A DNA stretch of 64,000 nt from an uncultured Methanolobus sp. (lineage in GTDB: Archaea > Halobacteriota > Methanosarcinia > Methanosarcinales > Methanosarcinaceae), in contig OY776215.1 of the NCBI GenBank assembly GCA_963675495.1, positions 2,112,001-2,176,000 of the forward strand. The letters are read 5' to 3'. Numbering within the stretch: the first letter of the stretch is position 1; every line of letters starts with the position of its first letter. Shown one piece after another: positions 8,802 through 18,848 of the stretch. The translations under genes and the position numbers were made by a program. Below the pieces are notes generated by a model, which was not told the origin of the DNA, did not search any database, and saw only the letters and a list, made by a program, of their open reading frames with translations.

Positions 8802-10493
8802 TTATTCAACGTCTTTTGAGTCTGCCTGAAGAATTTCATGTATCACTTTGCCATATACTGGTCTTGCAATAAGGATGCCTATCATGACACCTACTATGGT
8901 TGTTATTGCAAATCCCTTGAGGGCACCGAAGCCCATGACCACCAGAGGTGACATTGCGATAATGGTCGTTGCAGCAGCCGCAAATATTATTCCGAATGCT
9001 TTTGTGATCCTTGAGAGGTAAACCTTTCTTGGTGGAAGCTTTCCTTCGTATAATACTTCATCTGTGATGATGACAAGGTGGTCGATACCTGTTCCTATGG
9101 CTGCGATGATACCTGCAATACTTGCAAGGTCAAGCTGCCATCCAATTGCAGCTGCAAAACCAAGTATCATTATAACTTCACTTATAGAAGTACCTACCAT
9201 TGGTACAAGTATTCCTGGCTTGTTATACTTCCTGAATACCACAAAGGCAACAGCGAGCAATGCCAGAAGACCTGCAATAGTGGCCTGTCCCTTGAACTGT
9301 TGACCAAGTGCTGCATCCACATGTCCTGAACCCATGAGTTCTACATTAACAGGTAATGCGCCTGCACGCAGATGGATCTGCAATTCCTCGGCTCTTGTCT
9401 TACTATCCTCATCAGGTCCGGTAGATGCCTGCCATGCGTATATTGGCACTTCTTCAAGTCTGGATGCAGCTGAATAACTTAATGGTGCGCTGTAGACTTC
9501 ATTATCATCCAGATACATTACCAGATTATGCGACATTGGATCTGTAGTCGCACCGGTTTCTGTAGCAACTTCCTGGAGTGCAAGGGCACCTGTGTCTGTT
9601 AATGTAAATGGTACGTACCACTGTCCGTCATCCTCGTGGAATCCCACAATACTGACAGCTTCTATATCGTCTCCATAAAGGACGTGCTTTGACTCGTTGC
9701 CCTGGGTCACGATCCTTATCTCGAACTTGCCCGGTTTTTCAGCGATATTCTTGGCAGTTGCAAGGTCAATTCCTGCAAAGTCAATGAGTATGTAATCATC
9801 ACCCACTGTTTTTACTGGTATGTCTTTAAGTCCGAGGGAATTGAGCTTGTCACTCAGTATTTCCTTGGTCATGTCCCTTGTTTCTGTTGTGACTCCTTCC
9901 TTGTAAATTGCATCTCCGTTGATGTCAGTTACAATTGAGCCACCTACAACTGCCATGAGCTCCTGAAGTTCTTCCTGTGAAATGGCAGTCCTTATCTCAT
10001 ATTCCACATTATCAGAAACAAGTGTAGGAATGACTTCTGCTTTGAGTGAATCTGCCAGGTATGTTTTTATCAGTGTCACTTTTGAAGAGTGAAGTATGAC
10101 CTCTGTCACATTGTTGCTGCGGGAGATGGTGGTCTGGCCCACTGCAAGCTGATCCATCTGATTATTTGTAAGTATTGAATCTGAAGTAAAAGTTATTGTG
10201 GTATCATCAGTTCCTTCATCAACTGATCGTATCTCCACTTCTTCTCCAAGATTTATATTGACTATTTCCTTAACCAAAAGACCATTATCAGCATCAAGCT
10301 CTGCAACAGCGCCCTGAAGTTTTAATTGAAGCCAGGAGCCGCCTTCCAGATCAAGTCCATAGTTGAGATTGCTTGTGAATCCTTCGTCTGCAGAGTACCA
10401 TGGCTGTATAAAGATTATAGATCCGATTATGGCCAGAATAAAGACGATTACTCTTAGGTCCTTTAATAAACTCTGTTGTTCATCGTCTTTCAT
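8802..10493 (-). CDS. secD: preprotein translocase subunit SecD
   Basis: 'YGLDLEGG', 'LRAGALP', 'IGTGIDH', 'GFAITT'. Confidence 0.95.
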   Translation of the reverse strand: MKDDEQQSLLKDLRVIVFILAIIGSIIFIQPWYSADEGFTSNLNYGLDLEGGSWLQLKLQGAVAELDADNGLLVKEIVNINLGEEVEIRSVDEGTDDTTITFTSDSILTNNQMDQLAVGQTTISRSNNVTEVILHSSKVTLIKTYLADSLKAEVIPTLVSDNVEYEIRTAISQEELQELMAVVGGSIVTDINGDAIYKEGVTTETRDMTKEILSDKLNSLGLKDIPVKTVGDDYILIDFAGIDLATAKNIAEKPGKFEIRIVTQGNESKHVLYGDDIEAVSIVGFHEDDGQWYVPFTLTDTGALALQEVATETGATTDPMSHNLVMYLDDNEVYSAPLSYSAASRLEEVPIYAWQASTGPDEDSKTRAEELQIHLRAGALPVNVELMGSGHVDAALGQQFKGQATIAGLLALLAVAFVVFRKYNKPGILVPMVGTSISEVIMILGFAAAIGWQLDLASIAGIIAAIGTGIDHLVIITDEVLYEGKLPPRKVYLSRITKAFGIIFAAAATTIIAMSPLVVMGFGALKGFAITTIVGVMIGILIARPVYGKVIHEILQADSKDVE

Positions 10494-11392
10494 GCTTTAC
10501 GCCTCCTTGTGCCTACGCTTGTCACATGCCACCTGAGTATTGATGTGTTAAGCATCCAGGTGTTCATCATATCTGCGAGCAGTCCGAATATCAGGACAAT
10601 GGATATGTCTGAAAGAAGGGTGATCTGTGAAAGTGATGAACTTAGTAAGTATGAGTAAGTTGATACCAGGTACATTACTACAAGGGCAGCCAAAGTGGTG
10701 GTTGTCATTGTTATACCAGTATGCATTGCATTGCTAATGTTCTCTTGTGGAGTTCCACGCCTTTTGAGGACCCTTGTGGTGAGTAAAATATCACTGTCAA
10801 CGGAATAACCGATTAGCATGAGAAGGGCTGCAACAGTTCCCAGGGACAATTCTATCCCAACGATGTTCATGAATGCCGCTGCAATGAAAATGTCGGATAA
10901 TGCTGACACTACTACTGCCAGTGATGGAATAAATGTCCTGAATATCAAAAAGACCACAAGTGCCATTCCGATAAATGATATAATAACTGCTTTAACAGCC
11001 TGGTTCTGAAGGGCTTCCCCATATACAGGTCCTATCTGGTTTATTTCGACATTATCATAGGACTCGATCACATCATTGACAAGTTCCTGTTGTAGTTCGT
11101 TACTCATTGGTCCAAATTGCATTATCAAACGGGTTCCAGCCTGTCTGACATCAGTTATGGGATAATCTGAGTATTTTAGTTCAATGGATTGTACACTTTC
11201 CTCTGTTGCCACAGAGACCATTGTTCCGCCCTTAAATTCCATACCAAGCTTCACAGGTGCGCCGCTACTTGCAAATGTAAATGCAAGTATCAATAATGCA
11301 ATTACAAATATTGTAAGCGGGATTGCTGCAAGCTGACGATCGTTGTGCTTTCTAACAAAAGAATCTAAACGTTCAGTCAAACCGACTTCCAT
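10490..11392 (-). CDS. secF: preprotein translocase subunit SecF
   Basis: 'GMEFKGG', 'LIGYSVDSDILL'. ATGA overlap with secD. Confidence 0.95.
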   Translation of the reverse strand: MEVGLTERLDSFVRKHNDRQLAAIPLTIFVIALLILAFTFASSGAPVKLGMEFKGGTMVSVATEESVQSIELKYSDYPITDVRQAGTRLIMQFGPMSNELQQELVNDVIESYDNVEINQIGPVYGEALQNQAVKAVIISFIGMALVVFLIFRTFIPSLAVVVSALSDIFIAAAFMNIVGIELSLGTVAALLMLIGYSVDSDILLTTRVLKRRGTPQENISNAMHTGITMTTTTLAALVVMYLVSTYSYLLSSSLSQITLLSDISIVLIFGLLADMMNTWMLNTSILRWHVTSVGTRRRKA

Positions 11393-11503
11393 GTTTTATG
11401 CTCCAGAATAATAAGTTCTCAATCCATACTTTTATTTTTTAAAATTGATGAATACTCTCTTACACTATAACTTATATATACCACTTACTGCTTCTTTTAA
11501 GCA

Positions 11504-11965
11504 ATGAATGACAGGCCAAGTATAGATGAGTATTTCCTTGAGATAGCCACGGTTGTGGCTAAACGTTCTACATGTCTTAGAAACAAGGTTGGCGCTGTGA
11601 TTGCAAGGGATAAGCGTATATTGTCTACAGGGTACAATGGTGCTCCACGGAACATGGAGCATTGTCTTGACATAGGTTGCATCAGGCAGCAAAATAATAT
11701 TGCTTCGGGTACACGTCATGAGAAATGCAGGGCCGTTCATGCTGAACAGAATGCTATCATTCAGGCTGCTCTGCATGGAGTGAGTACAGATGCTGCGACA
11801 CTTTACTGCACTCACCAGCCATGTATATTGTGTACCAAGATGATCATCAATTCTAATATCAAAAGAGTTGTCTATATTCAACCTTATCCTGATACCGATG
11901 CTCTTGAATTCTTCTCACAGGCAGGTGTTGAAGTAGTTAATATGCCGATATCAGACTTTGCTTAA
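11504..11965 (+). CDS. dCMP deaminase family (ComEB-like)
   Basis: 'RSTC', 'GYNGAP', 'HAEQNA', and 'PCILC' zinc motif. Confidence 0.9.
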   Translation: MNDRPSIDEYFLEIATVVAKRSTCLRNKVGAVIARDKRILSTGYNGAPRNMEHCLDIGCIRQQNNIASGTRHEKCRAVHAEQNAIIQAALHGVSTDAATLYCTHQPCILCTKMIINSNIKRVVYIQPYPDTDALEFFSQAGVEVVNMPISDFA

Positions 11966-12709
11966 ACAGCGAAGTCCTTTTTTGATTATATCTTCACGGT
12001 CATTTCGGTACATCTCTTTTATAGAACCATCGTCAGATCTAAGCTCCAGTCCTCTCAGAATCACTACCGGACATCCTCCGTCACCTTCACCCATCAGCAG
12101 ATTGGCAGCACCTGCAATTTCATCAGCTATGGCTTCCTCGGTGACTTCCAGTGTGTTTCCAAAGAGATCCTTTTGTCCTTTCCAGTTCTTTATCGGATGT
12201 ATTTTGTACACTCCAACGGCAATACCTGTCTGGCCGATCTTGAATGCTCTGCCATTGGTGTCAGTAATTATAACACTTACTTTTTTTCCTGTCTTGCTTT
12301 CAATACCTTCACCAATGTCTTTTGCACTCTGGTCTGAATTTGCCGGAAGGTCGAGCATGTAGCCTTTTTCTACATTTGATTCATCTATTCCTGCTTTGAT
12401 ACAAACATGTCCGTTGTCTGTTTCTACGAGAAATATCGGATAATCCACCAGTATCTCATGGCTGCGGTCAAGGACTGCCTGGACAAATCTTGGATCAATG
12501 CCATGTTTGTTTGCTATTCCTTTTGCCGATTCTCCTGAAATGATATCCTCCAGTCTGAATTGCCTACCTTCAGCTTTTGCAACAATAGTGGATGCTATAA
12601 TTATGACATCACTATCTTCAATACTTGTTCTTTTACAGATGATCGATGCAATGTCATCCCCTTTTTGGATCATAGGGATGTTTTCCACAGTAAATGCATG
12701 CATTTTCAT
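11951..12709 (-). CDS. cofE: coenzyme F420-0:L-glutamate ligase
   Basis: 'STIVAKAEG', 'AGIDESN', 'ITDTNGRAF', 'ADEIAGAANL.MGE'. Confidence 0.95.
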   Translation of the reverse strand: MKMHAFTVENIPMIQKGDDIASIICKRTSIEDSDVIIIASTIVAKAEGRQFRLEDIISGESAKGIANKHGIDPRFVQAVLDRSHEILVDYPIFLVETDNGHVCIKAGIDESNVEKGYMLDLPANSDQSAKDIGEGIESKTGKKVSVIITDTNGRAFKIGQTGIAVGVYKIHPIKNWKGQKDLFGNTLEVTEEAIADEIAGAANLLMGEGDGGCPVVILRGLELRSDDGSIKEMYRNDREDIIKKGLRCLSKV

Positions 12710-12974
12710 AGGACTCTCCGGATAGTAGGATTCTATTTAATTTAAAAAAATGTTGCTATGCTAATTTATGCTCACAGATTAAATTAATACAAGTTTATCT
12801 TAAGTATGCTGGACTCCAATATAATATTTAATGGAGTGGGTTTATTGAGGCAAACACAGGTTTCATTCGTCTAAACCAACCAACCAGATAATTGAAGCTT
12901 ACATTGATTCGTTTTTAACGTGTTTGCCTCGCCTCCGTTTTTCCCTTCAAAGGAAAAAAGGGATCGTATGGGAA

Positions 12975-13760
12975 TCAGAGTGTTTCAAGTACAGTGGATT
13001 TGCTTATTAAGTGATGAAAAAACTCTTCACTCCAATTAACAGAACTCTGCTTGTATGCCATTATGTATCTTGGATCATAGATTCCACTTATGGTTAGCAG
13101 TCGTAACAGCATAAAATCAGGTGTTACCATAAGGTCTGATAAGTTCAGATTATCCGGGTATACGTAGAATTTCATATTCGGGTATTGTATTAGATCATGT
13201 AATTGCTGTTTATTTTCTAATGTGAATCTGGACAGGACTTCATTTGTAAAGATGCACCTGAAGTTCGTTCCATTTTCTGCATATTTCATGAACAATGCTG
13301 GGTATTCCGAATGGTAGAATGAAGTGGCAGTATCAATACTTTTTGATTTCATGCACAGGGAAATCGCTTTTCTGCTAAGTTCAAGTGCCTCGCATAATTC
13401 CGGCTCGACAAGTTCGCAACTTTCCAGTTCACGCAATCTGTTGAAAAGGTCATTGGGTATACAATCGGTGTTGTGTTTTGTCCAGTAATCCAGTTTACCT
13501 TCAAGAATGTTCAAAGTACTCAGTAGTGGTTGCAGATCATTGACGATTAATTTTCCAAACTTTGAGAGCATATACGCATCTTTTTCTTTGACCACAAGCT
13601 GCCCTTCTTCAAGTATTTTCATTTGGGGAAGTAAAGCAGGCCTGCTTTCGTTAAGGGTCTTCAGGATGCTTTGCATCTCCACAGGTCCGTTCTGCAGCAG
13701 CAATAGTACATCTTTACGTTTTTCCGATCTGCTAATCGTTTCAATTAATGCCCGTCTCAT
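12975..13760 (-). CDS. ArsR-type wHTH + DUF1724-like transcriptional regulator
   Basis: 'SEKRKDVLLLL..GP...LPQMKILEE', 'YW..H....IP'. ATG at 13760 (MRRALIETIS) is the likely start. Confidence 0.8.
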   Translation of the reverse strand: MRRALIETISRSEKRKDVLLLLQNGPVEMQSILKTLNESRPALLPQMKILEEGQLVVKEKDAYMLSKFGKLIVNDLQPLLSTLNILEGKLDYWTKHNTDCIPNDLFNRLRELESCELVEPELCEALELSRKAISLCMKSKSIDTATSFYHSEYPALFMKYAENGTNFRCIFTNEVLSRFTLENKQQLHDLIQYPNMKFYVYPDNLNLSDLMVTPDFMLLRLLTISGIYDPRYIMAYKQSSVNWSEEFFHHLISKSTVLETL

Positions 13761-14053
13761 GCCTTTACTCCTAGTCACATTTCTTCCTGACTTGAAAAAG
13801 CCAAAGCTATCTATTGGCATCTGGCTTTGTGGAAAAAAGTAAAGTATATTTTACTTGTTTTTTCCAGAGTGCAAATATGCTGAATGACCAACCTTTTAAG
13901 AGGTTTAATGCTCTATTATATAAGTAAATCGCTTTTCATTTCTTTAATATTAAAGAGTTTCAGACATGATTTTGTATCATATTCTCTCTTTTTTGTATGT
14001 CTGTTCAAAGACCTTTCAAGAAGAATAATATACTATATATGCATAGTATTTTC

Positions 14054-14117
14054 TGCGGCGATGATGACAGTTACCCCGACTGAGCAAAGGATGATGATAT
14101 CTTTAACTGATGCCGCA
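14054..14117 (+). ncRNA. box C/D guide sRNA (2'-O-methylation guide)
   Basis: C box ATGATGA 14061-67, D' CTGA 14080-83, C' ATGATGA 14091-97, D CTGA 14107-10. Terminal stem TGCGGC/GCCGCA. Intergenic, with a TATA-like AT tract upstream. Confidence 0.9.
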
Positions 14118-14132
14118 AAAATTCAGGGTTAT

Positions 14133-14166
14133 TAAAAAAGAAAATCCCATATTCTTATGGGAATTT
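14133..14166 (-). terminator. terminator downstream of hsp20
   Basis: CCCATA-N4-TATGGG hairpin followed by TTTTCTTTTTT on the minus strand. Confidence 0.55.
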
Positions 14167-14178
14167 ATTCCAAGGCTT

Positions 14179-14640
14179 TTATTCGATCATTATCCTGTGC
14201 TTTTCCTCTATCTCTGCTTTTGGCATTGTTATGGTAAGCACACCATCCTCTAGTTTTGCATTTGCTTCATCTTCTTTGACTGCAGAGGGTAGGTTGAACG
14301 CACGTGCGAATCTGTTGTAAGTACGTTCACGCATCAGGTACCCTTCTTTTTCTTCTTCTGATTCCTTATGCGTGTTGGCACTTATCCATACCTTGTTATC
14401 TCTGATGTCGATGTCGATATCTTTCTTATCAACGCCAGGCAGGTCTGTTTTGACAATGATGTCATTATCTTTCTCCTTTATATCCACAAGAGGGGAAAGT
14501 GTGTCAATATCCATCATTTCAGATCTTGCTTCACCTTCACCGAATAAACTGTTGAGACGTTCCTGCATGCTTCTTATCTCGTTAAAAGGGTCCCAACTGG
14601 AAGCTAAAGCCGGGCTCCAGGGTCTTAGTCCAAATTTCAT
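14179..14640 (-). CDS. Hsp20/alpha-crystallin small heat-shock protein
   Basis: 'VDIKE...DLPGVDK', 'ERTY..F.R.F.LP', 'AKLEDGVLTITMPK', C-terminal IxI motif. Confidence 0.95.
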   Translation of the reverse strand: MKFGLRPWSPALASSWDPFNEIRSMQERLNSLFGEGEARSEMMDIDTLSPLVDIKEKDNDIIVKTDLPGVDKKDIDIDIRDNKVWISANTHKESEEEKEGYLMRERTYNRFARAFNLPSAVKEDEANAKLEDGVLTITMPKAEIEEKHRIMIE

Positions 14641-14792
14641 TTAACCACTCCTCATTTATTTATAGATGAGACTATCAGTTTTGTTGACAACCCCACAAAA
14701 TATTATTATGTTAGTGTTTCTATATATAAGTGGTGAGTTGTGGTCTTACTCATAAAAAAGATATGAAGGGGCAAAGTGTGCAATTGCCTCGT

Positions 14793-15989
14793 TCACTTCA
14801 TATTGATTAACATTCCCACCAGGTCAGGTGCATATACTGTTCCAAGTGAACCTTTCTGAACAGAATCTTCGTCAAATGCATCTGCATTATCAGGAGCTTT
14901 CTCAGAAGTTCTGTATATGGCCACAGGAATTGGAACGGATGTATGGGTTCTTAGCGCAATAGGTGTTGGATGGTCCGGCAATACCATAATTGTCACATCC
15001 TCCTCCATTTCGATGGCAGCCTTAAGAACGGTGCCTACGACCTTCTCATCGAAATCCTCTATTGCCTGTATTTTCGCATTCATATCTCCCATGTGGCCTG
15101 CCTCATCAGGTGCTTCCACGTGTACGAACACGAAATCATGGTCTTTGAGGGCTTCTATGGCATACTCTCCCTTGCCAATATAATTTGTATCCAGGTAACC
15201 GGTTGCTCCTGGGACCTCAATGACATCAAGTCCTGCGTAGATTCCTATTCCTTTTACAAGGTCGACAGCTGAGATTATAGCACCCTTGAGTCCGTAAAGC
15301 TCGTTGAAATGAGTGAATGCAGGTGCAAATCCCTGTCCCCAAAGCCATATGGAGTTCCCAGGATTCTTGCCCTGGGCAATTCTTTTTTCATTTACTTGTT
15401 GCGCTTCCAGTATTTTCATGGATCTTTCTATAAGATCTGAGATGCTCTCGCTGTCCTCTCCCTTTGGCATGTGTTCATGCCTGTTCTCATCGATAACATC
15501 ATGTGGTGGTACGCATTCTGTATTAGCTCCTAGTCCTTTCTTTGCTACCATGAGGTGCCTGTAGCTGATGCCCGGGTGGAAACTGAGTTTATCGCTACCA
15601 AGTTCAGAATCTATGCTCTCAATGAGTTCCTTGGCTTCCTCATTAGTGATATGTCCTGAACTGTAATCGACAATGAGATCATCTTTGATAGTTATGAGGT
15701 TACAGCGAAATGCAACATCGTCCTTTTCGAGATCCACTCCCATACTTGCAGCTTCAAGAGGTGCCCTTCCCGAATAGTACTTCTTAGGATCATAGCCCAC
15801 AATTGACATATTCGCCACATCACTTCCGGGCGGCAATCCTTCAGGGACTGTTTGTGCCAGTCCTGCTCTGCCATACATGGTAATATAATCCATATTGCTT
15901 GTGTTGGCTTTCTGAAGAACTGTCATTCCTCCAAGTTCCTCCAGAGGCTCATCTGCCATGCCATCTCCGATAAGTACTACATATTTCAT
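14793..15989 (-). CDS. apgM: cofactor-independent phosphoglycerate mutase
   Basis: 'GDGMAD', 'PGSDVAN', '[10 protein letters not shown]', 'PDHPTP...TH'. Confidence 0.9.
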   Translation of the reverse strand: MKYVVLIGDGMADEPLEELGGMTVLQKANTSNMDYITMYGRAGLAQTVPEGLPPGSDVANMSIVGYDPKKYYSGRAPLEAASMGVDLEKDDVAFRCNLITIKDDLIVDYSSGHITNEEAKELIESIDSELGSDKLSFHPGISYRHLMVAKKGLGANTECVPPHDVIDENRHEHMPKGEDSESISDLIERSMKILEAQQVNEKRIAQGKNPGNSIWLWGQGFAPAFTHFNELYGLKGAIISAVDLVKGIGIYAGLDVIEVPGATGYLDTNYIGKGEYAIEALKDHDFVFVHVEAPDEAGHMGDMNAKIQAIEDFDEKVVGTVLKAAIEMEEDVTIMVLPDHPTPIALRTHTSVPIPVAIYRTSEKAPDNADAFDEDSVQKGSLGTVYAPDLVGMLINMK

Positions 15990-16100
15990 ATTTTCACCTA
16001 TATTAATAGAAATAAATAAAAACTATAAGGCATTAATATATGTCAGCTATGTAACATAACATTATGTCATTTTTACCCAGTCTAATTATGTGAGGTTTCG

Positions 16101-17330
16101 ATGAAATATATACATTTTGTAATTATCTTCATTTGTATGCTTATCCTGTGTATTTCCCCTGTTTCGGGTATAAGGTCAGAAGCGATGATACATTATTCGG
16201 AACCCGCCGTAAGTGTGGAGGATGAGATTTTCCTGGAACAAGGTTACTCATTTAAAGTTGCGGATATGAATAGCAAAAGTGGTGACATCCTGATAGAACT
16301 GTATCTTGATGGGGAAGAGATCGAGCTGGATGATAATTTTGCAAAGGAAGATAATCCGCTTGAATATGTTCGTTCAATAGTTGAGGATGCAGATGATGAT
16401 GAAGTAAAAGAAGTTGATTACTTAATCCTCAGGATAACCCCGGAAGGTTCTGTGAAAAAGTCAGATGATGGGATATATTCTACCATTTACATTGAACAAT
16501 ATATTGATCCCGTGGAAGACGTTGACGATTATCTAATTTTGGACAAGAGTTATTCCTTAAACGATGATTCAGAGCTTGAATTGGCAGGTCTTTATACCCT
16601 TACGTCCACAGGTGTGGATGATGGTGAAGTATCTCTGGAACTCAGGCTTAGCGGGAAACTGGTGAAAGAGGATGAAGTTGAAGAAGGAGATTATTTCTAT
16701 TACACAGTTTATTCCAGCAAACAACCACGGACGATTTTCCTTGCAAATGTGAAGGCCTTTTTTGAGACTGATGATTCAATTACTGTTTTCCTCAAACATG
16801 TTTCATTGCAGCAGAACTCAATATCTGGTACTGATAGTGATGATGAGTACTCGGATGGGGTCGATATAAATGTCGAGTCTCCTGTTGATGGTGGATTAAA
16901 AGCCGGGCGTGTTGCTATTGTCAATTACTATGTCGATGAGTCCTTTCCAGAAGTTCGAATCATGGTTGACGGTGAACTTGTGGATTCCAGAAGATACGTA
17001 AACCCGGGAATTTATAAAACGGTAACTGACGAATTGGATTCAGGAGTGCATAAAGCTACACTTATGGCAATTGGTGAAGATGATGACATTTCATATTATT
17101 CAGAGGAATTTTCGGTTTCTGTCAACATAAAGGAGAATATTACCGAATCAATTATCGAAATGGCAAATTCAGCTACCGAAGGACTTGGAAATGATGATGG
17201 TTCTGATAATTCCACTGTGTTTTCCCTACCATCATTGCCTTCTAACTCCAGTATTTCAAGTATGCTGTCTCTAATTGTGACAGCAGGTGTATTTGTTGTG
17301 TTTCTAATGTTCTTTAACAAATTCATGTAA
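16101..17330 (+). CDS. secreted acidic S-layer-domain-like protein with C-terminal membrane anchor
   Basis: N-terminal signal peptide. 'LEQGYSFKVADM...ILIELYLDGEE' resembles the S-layer repeats in 40944..44657. C-terminal TM helix. Confidence 0.7.
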   Translation: MKYIHFVIIFICMLILCISPVSGIRSEAMIHYSEPAVSVEDEIFLEQGYSFKVADMNSKSGDILIELYLDGEEIELDDNFAKEDNPLEYVRSIVEDADDDEVKEVDYLILRITPEGSVKKSDDGIYSTIYIEQYIDPVEDVDDYLILDKSYSLNDDSELELAGLYTLTSTGVDDGEVSLELRLSGKLVKEDEVEEGDYFYYTVYSSKQPRTIFLANVKAFFETDDSITVFLKHVSLQQNSISGTDSDDEYSDGVDINVESPVDGGLKAGRVAIVNYYVDESFPEVRIMVDGELVDSRRYVNPGIYKTVTDELDSGVHKATLMAIGEDDDISYYSEEFSVSVNIKENITESIIEMANSATEGLGNDDGSDNSTVFSLPSLPSNSSISSMLSLIVTAGVFVVFLMFFNKFM

Positions 17331-17439
17331 TTTCTTTATTTTATCTGCCTTAGAAGCACGTTTGCTTTACTCATAATCTTTATATTAGTCTGTACTGTTT
17401 ATAGACAAAATTAGCTGACAAATTAAACGTGGTTGTATC

Positions 17440-18834
17440 ATGAGAATCGTAATGAAGTTCGGTGGAACTTCCGTGGAAAACGGCGAAAAGATCCGGCATG
17501 TGGCAGAGCTTTTAAGGCAATATCATATGGATGGCAATGAACTTGTAGCAGTGACCTCTGCGCTTGGTGGTGTTACAGACGGATTGCTGAACACTGCAAA
17601 AGAAGTATCTATAAATGGTAAAGTAAGCCAGGTCAAGGAATTTATTACCGATCTGTCCAAAAAGCATTATGATGCGATTAACGTTGCTATTGATAATGAT
17701 AAGATAAGGTCAGAATGTGTAGAGGTAATAGACAGCAGGGTGGATGAGCTGGAAAAGGCTTTGATCGGTATATGTTATCTTGGTGAACTGAGCAAACGTT
17801 CAATAGACTATATCTCTTCATATGGTGAACGTCTTGCAGTTCCTATTGTAAGCGGTTCTATTCGCTCACTTGGTACATTATCAAAAGCATTCACAGGTGG
17901 AGAAGCAGGTATCGTTACAGATTCCAATTATGGTGATGCAAAACCACTTGAAGATAGTTATTCTCAGGTACAAGAAAGACTTTGTCCTTTGCTTAAGGAT
18001 CACATCCCGGTGGTTACCGGTTTCATTGCCCAGAACAAACAGGATATCATTACCACTCTTGGACGTGGAGGTTCTGATTTCTCCGCATCAATTATAGGCG
18101 CTTCTATAAATGCGAATGAGATATGGCTTTGGAAAGAGGTTCATGGTATACTGACCACTGATCCTAGAATAGTTCCGGAGGCAAGCCCAATACCTCAGAT
18201 ATCATATATCGAGGCTATGGAACTTTCTTATTTCGGTGCCAAGGTTCTTCATCCGAGGACCATTGAACCTGCTATCAGGCATAAGATCCCTGTACGTGTG
18301 AAGAACACCTTTGAGCCGGATTTCCCGGGTACTTTGATCGTTGCAGAACAGCATCAGACACAGGATGTTGTCAAGGCGGTAACTCTCATTAATAAGGTTG
18401 CACTTATTAATATATGCGGAGCCGGAATGGTGGGCACAATCGGTACGGCAGCAAGAGTGTTTTCCGCACTTGCTAATGCAGGTGTCAATATTATTATGAT
18501 CAGCCAGGGTTCGTCTGAAGCTAACATGTCCCTGGTGGTCAATGAGGAGCATCTTGAGGCGGCAGTAGCAGCAATAAGGTCAGAATTCACGATAAATGTG
18601 GTGGGCGATGTTGCCTATGATCGTGATGTCTGTGTAGTTGCTGTTGTTGGTGCAGGAATGGATGGCATTCCAGGAGTTGCAGGAAAAGTATTCAATTCTC
18701 TTGGAAAATCCAGTATAAATATTATTATGATCAGTCAGGGCTCATCACAGCACAATATTTCCTTTGTAGTAAGCTCAAAGGAATCACTTGATGCTGTGCG
18801 AACATTACACAAAGAATTTGAACTTGATAAATAA
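17440..18834 (+). CDS. lysC: aspartate kinase with two ACT domains
   Basis: 'MKFGGTSV', 'TTLGRGGSD', 'FGAKVLHP', two 'IIMISQGSS' ACT repeats. Confidence 0.95.
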   Translation: MRIVMKFGGTSVENGEKIRHVAELLRQYHMDGNELVAVTSALGGVTDGLLNTAKEVSINGKVSQVKEFITDLSKKHYDAINVAIDNDKIRSECVEVIDSRVDELEKALIGICYLGELSKRSIDYISSYGERLAVPIVSGSIRSLGTLSKAFTGGEAGIVTDSNYGDAKPLEDSYSQVQERLCPLLKDHIPVVTGFIAQNKQDIITTLGRGGSDFSASIIGASINANEIWLWKEVHGILTTDPRIVPEASPIPQISYIEAMELSYFGAKVLHPRTIEPAIRHKIPVRVKNTFEPDFPGTLIVAEQHQTQDVVKAVTLINKVALINICGAGMVGTIGTAARVFSALANAGVNIIMISQGSSEANMSLVVNEEHLEAAVAAIRSEFTINVVGDVAYDRDVCVVAVVGAGMDGIPGVAGKVFNSLGKSSINIIMISQGSSQHNISFVVSSKESLDAVRTLHKEFELDK

Positions 18835-18848
18835 TGCAGGGATTTCAG

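Noticed and set aside
13884-14135. 83-aa ORF over the C/D-box region
   Set aside because: Low-complexity AT-rich translation with no motif. The C/D sRNA explains the sequence better.
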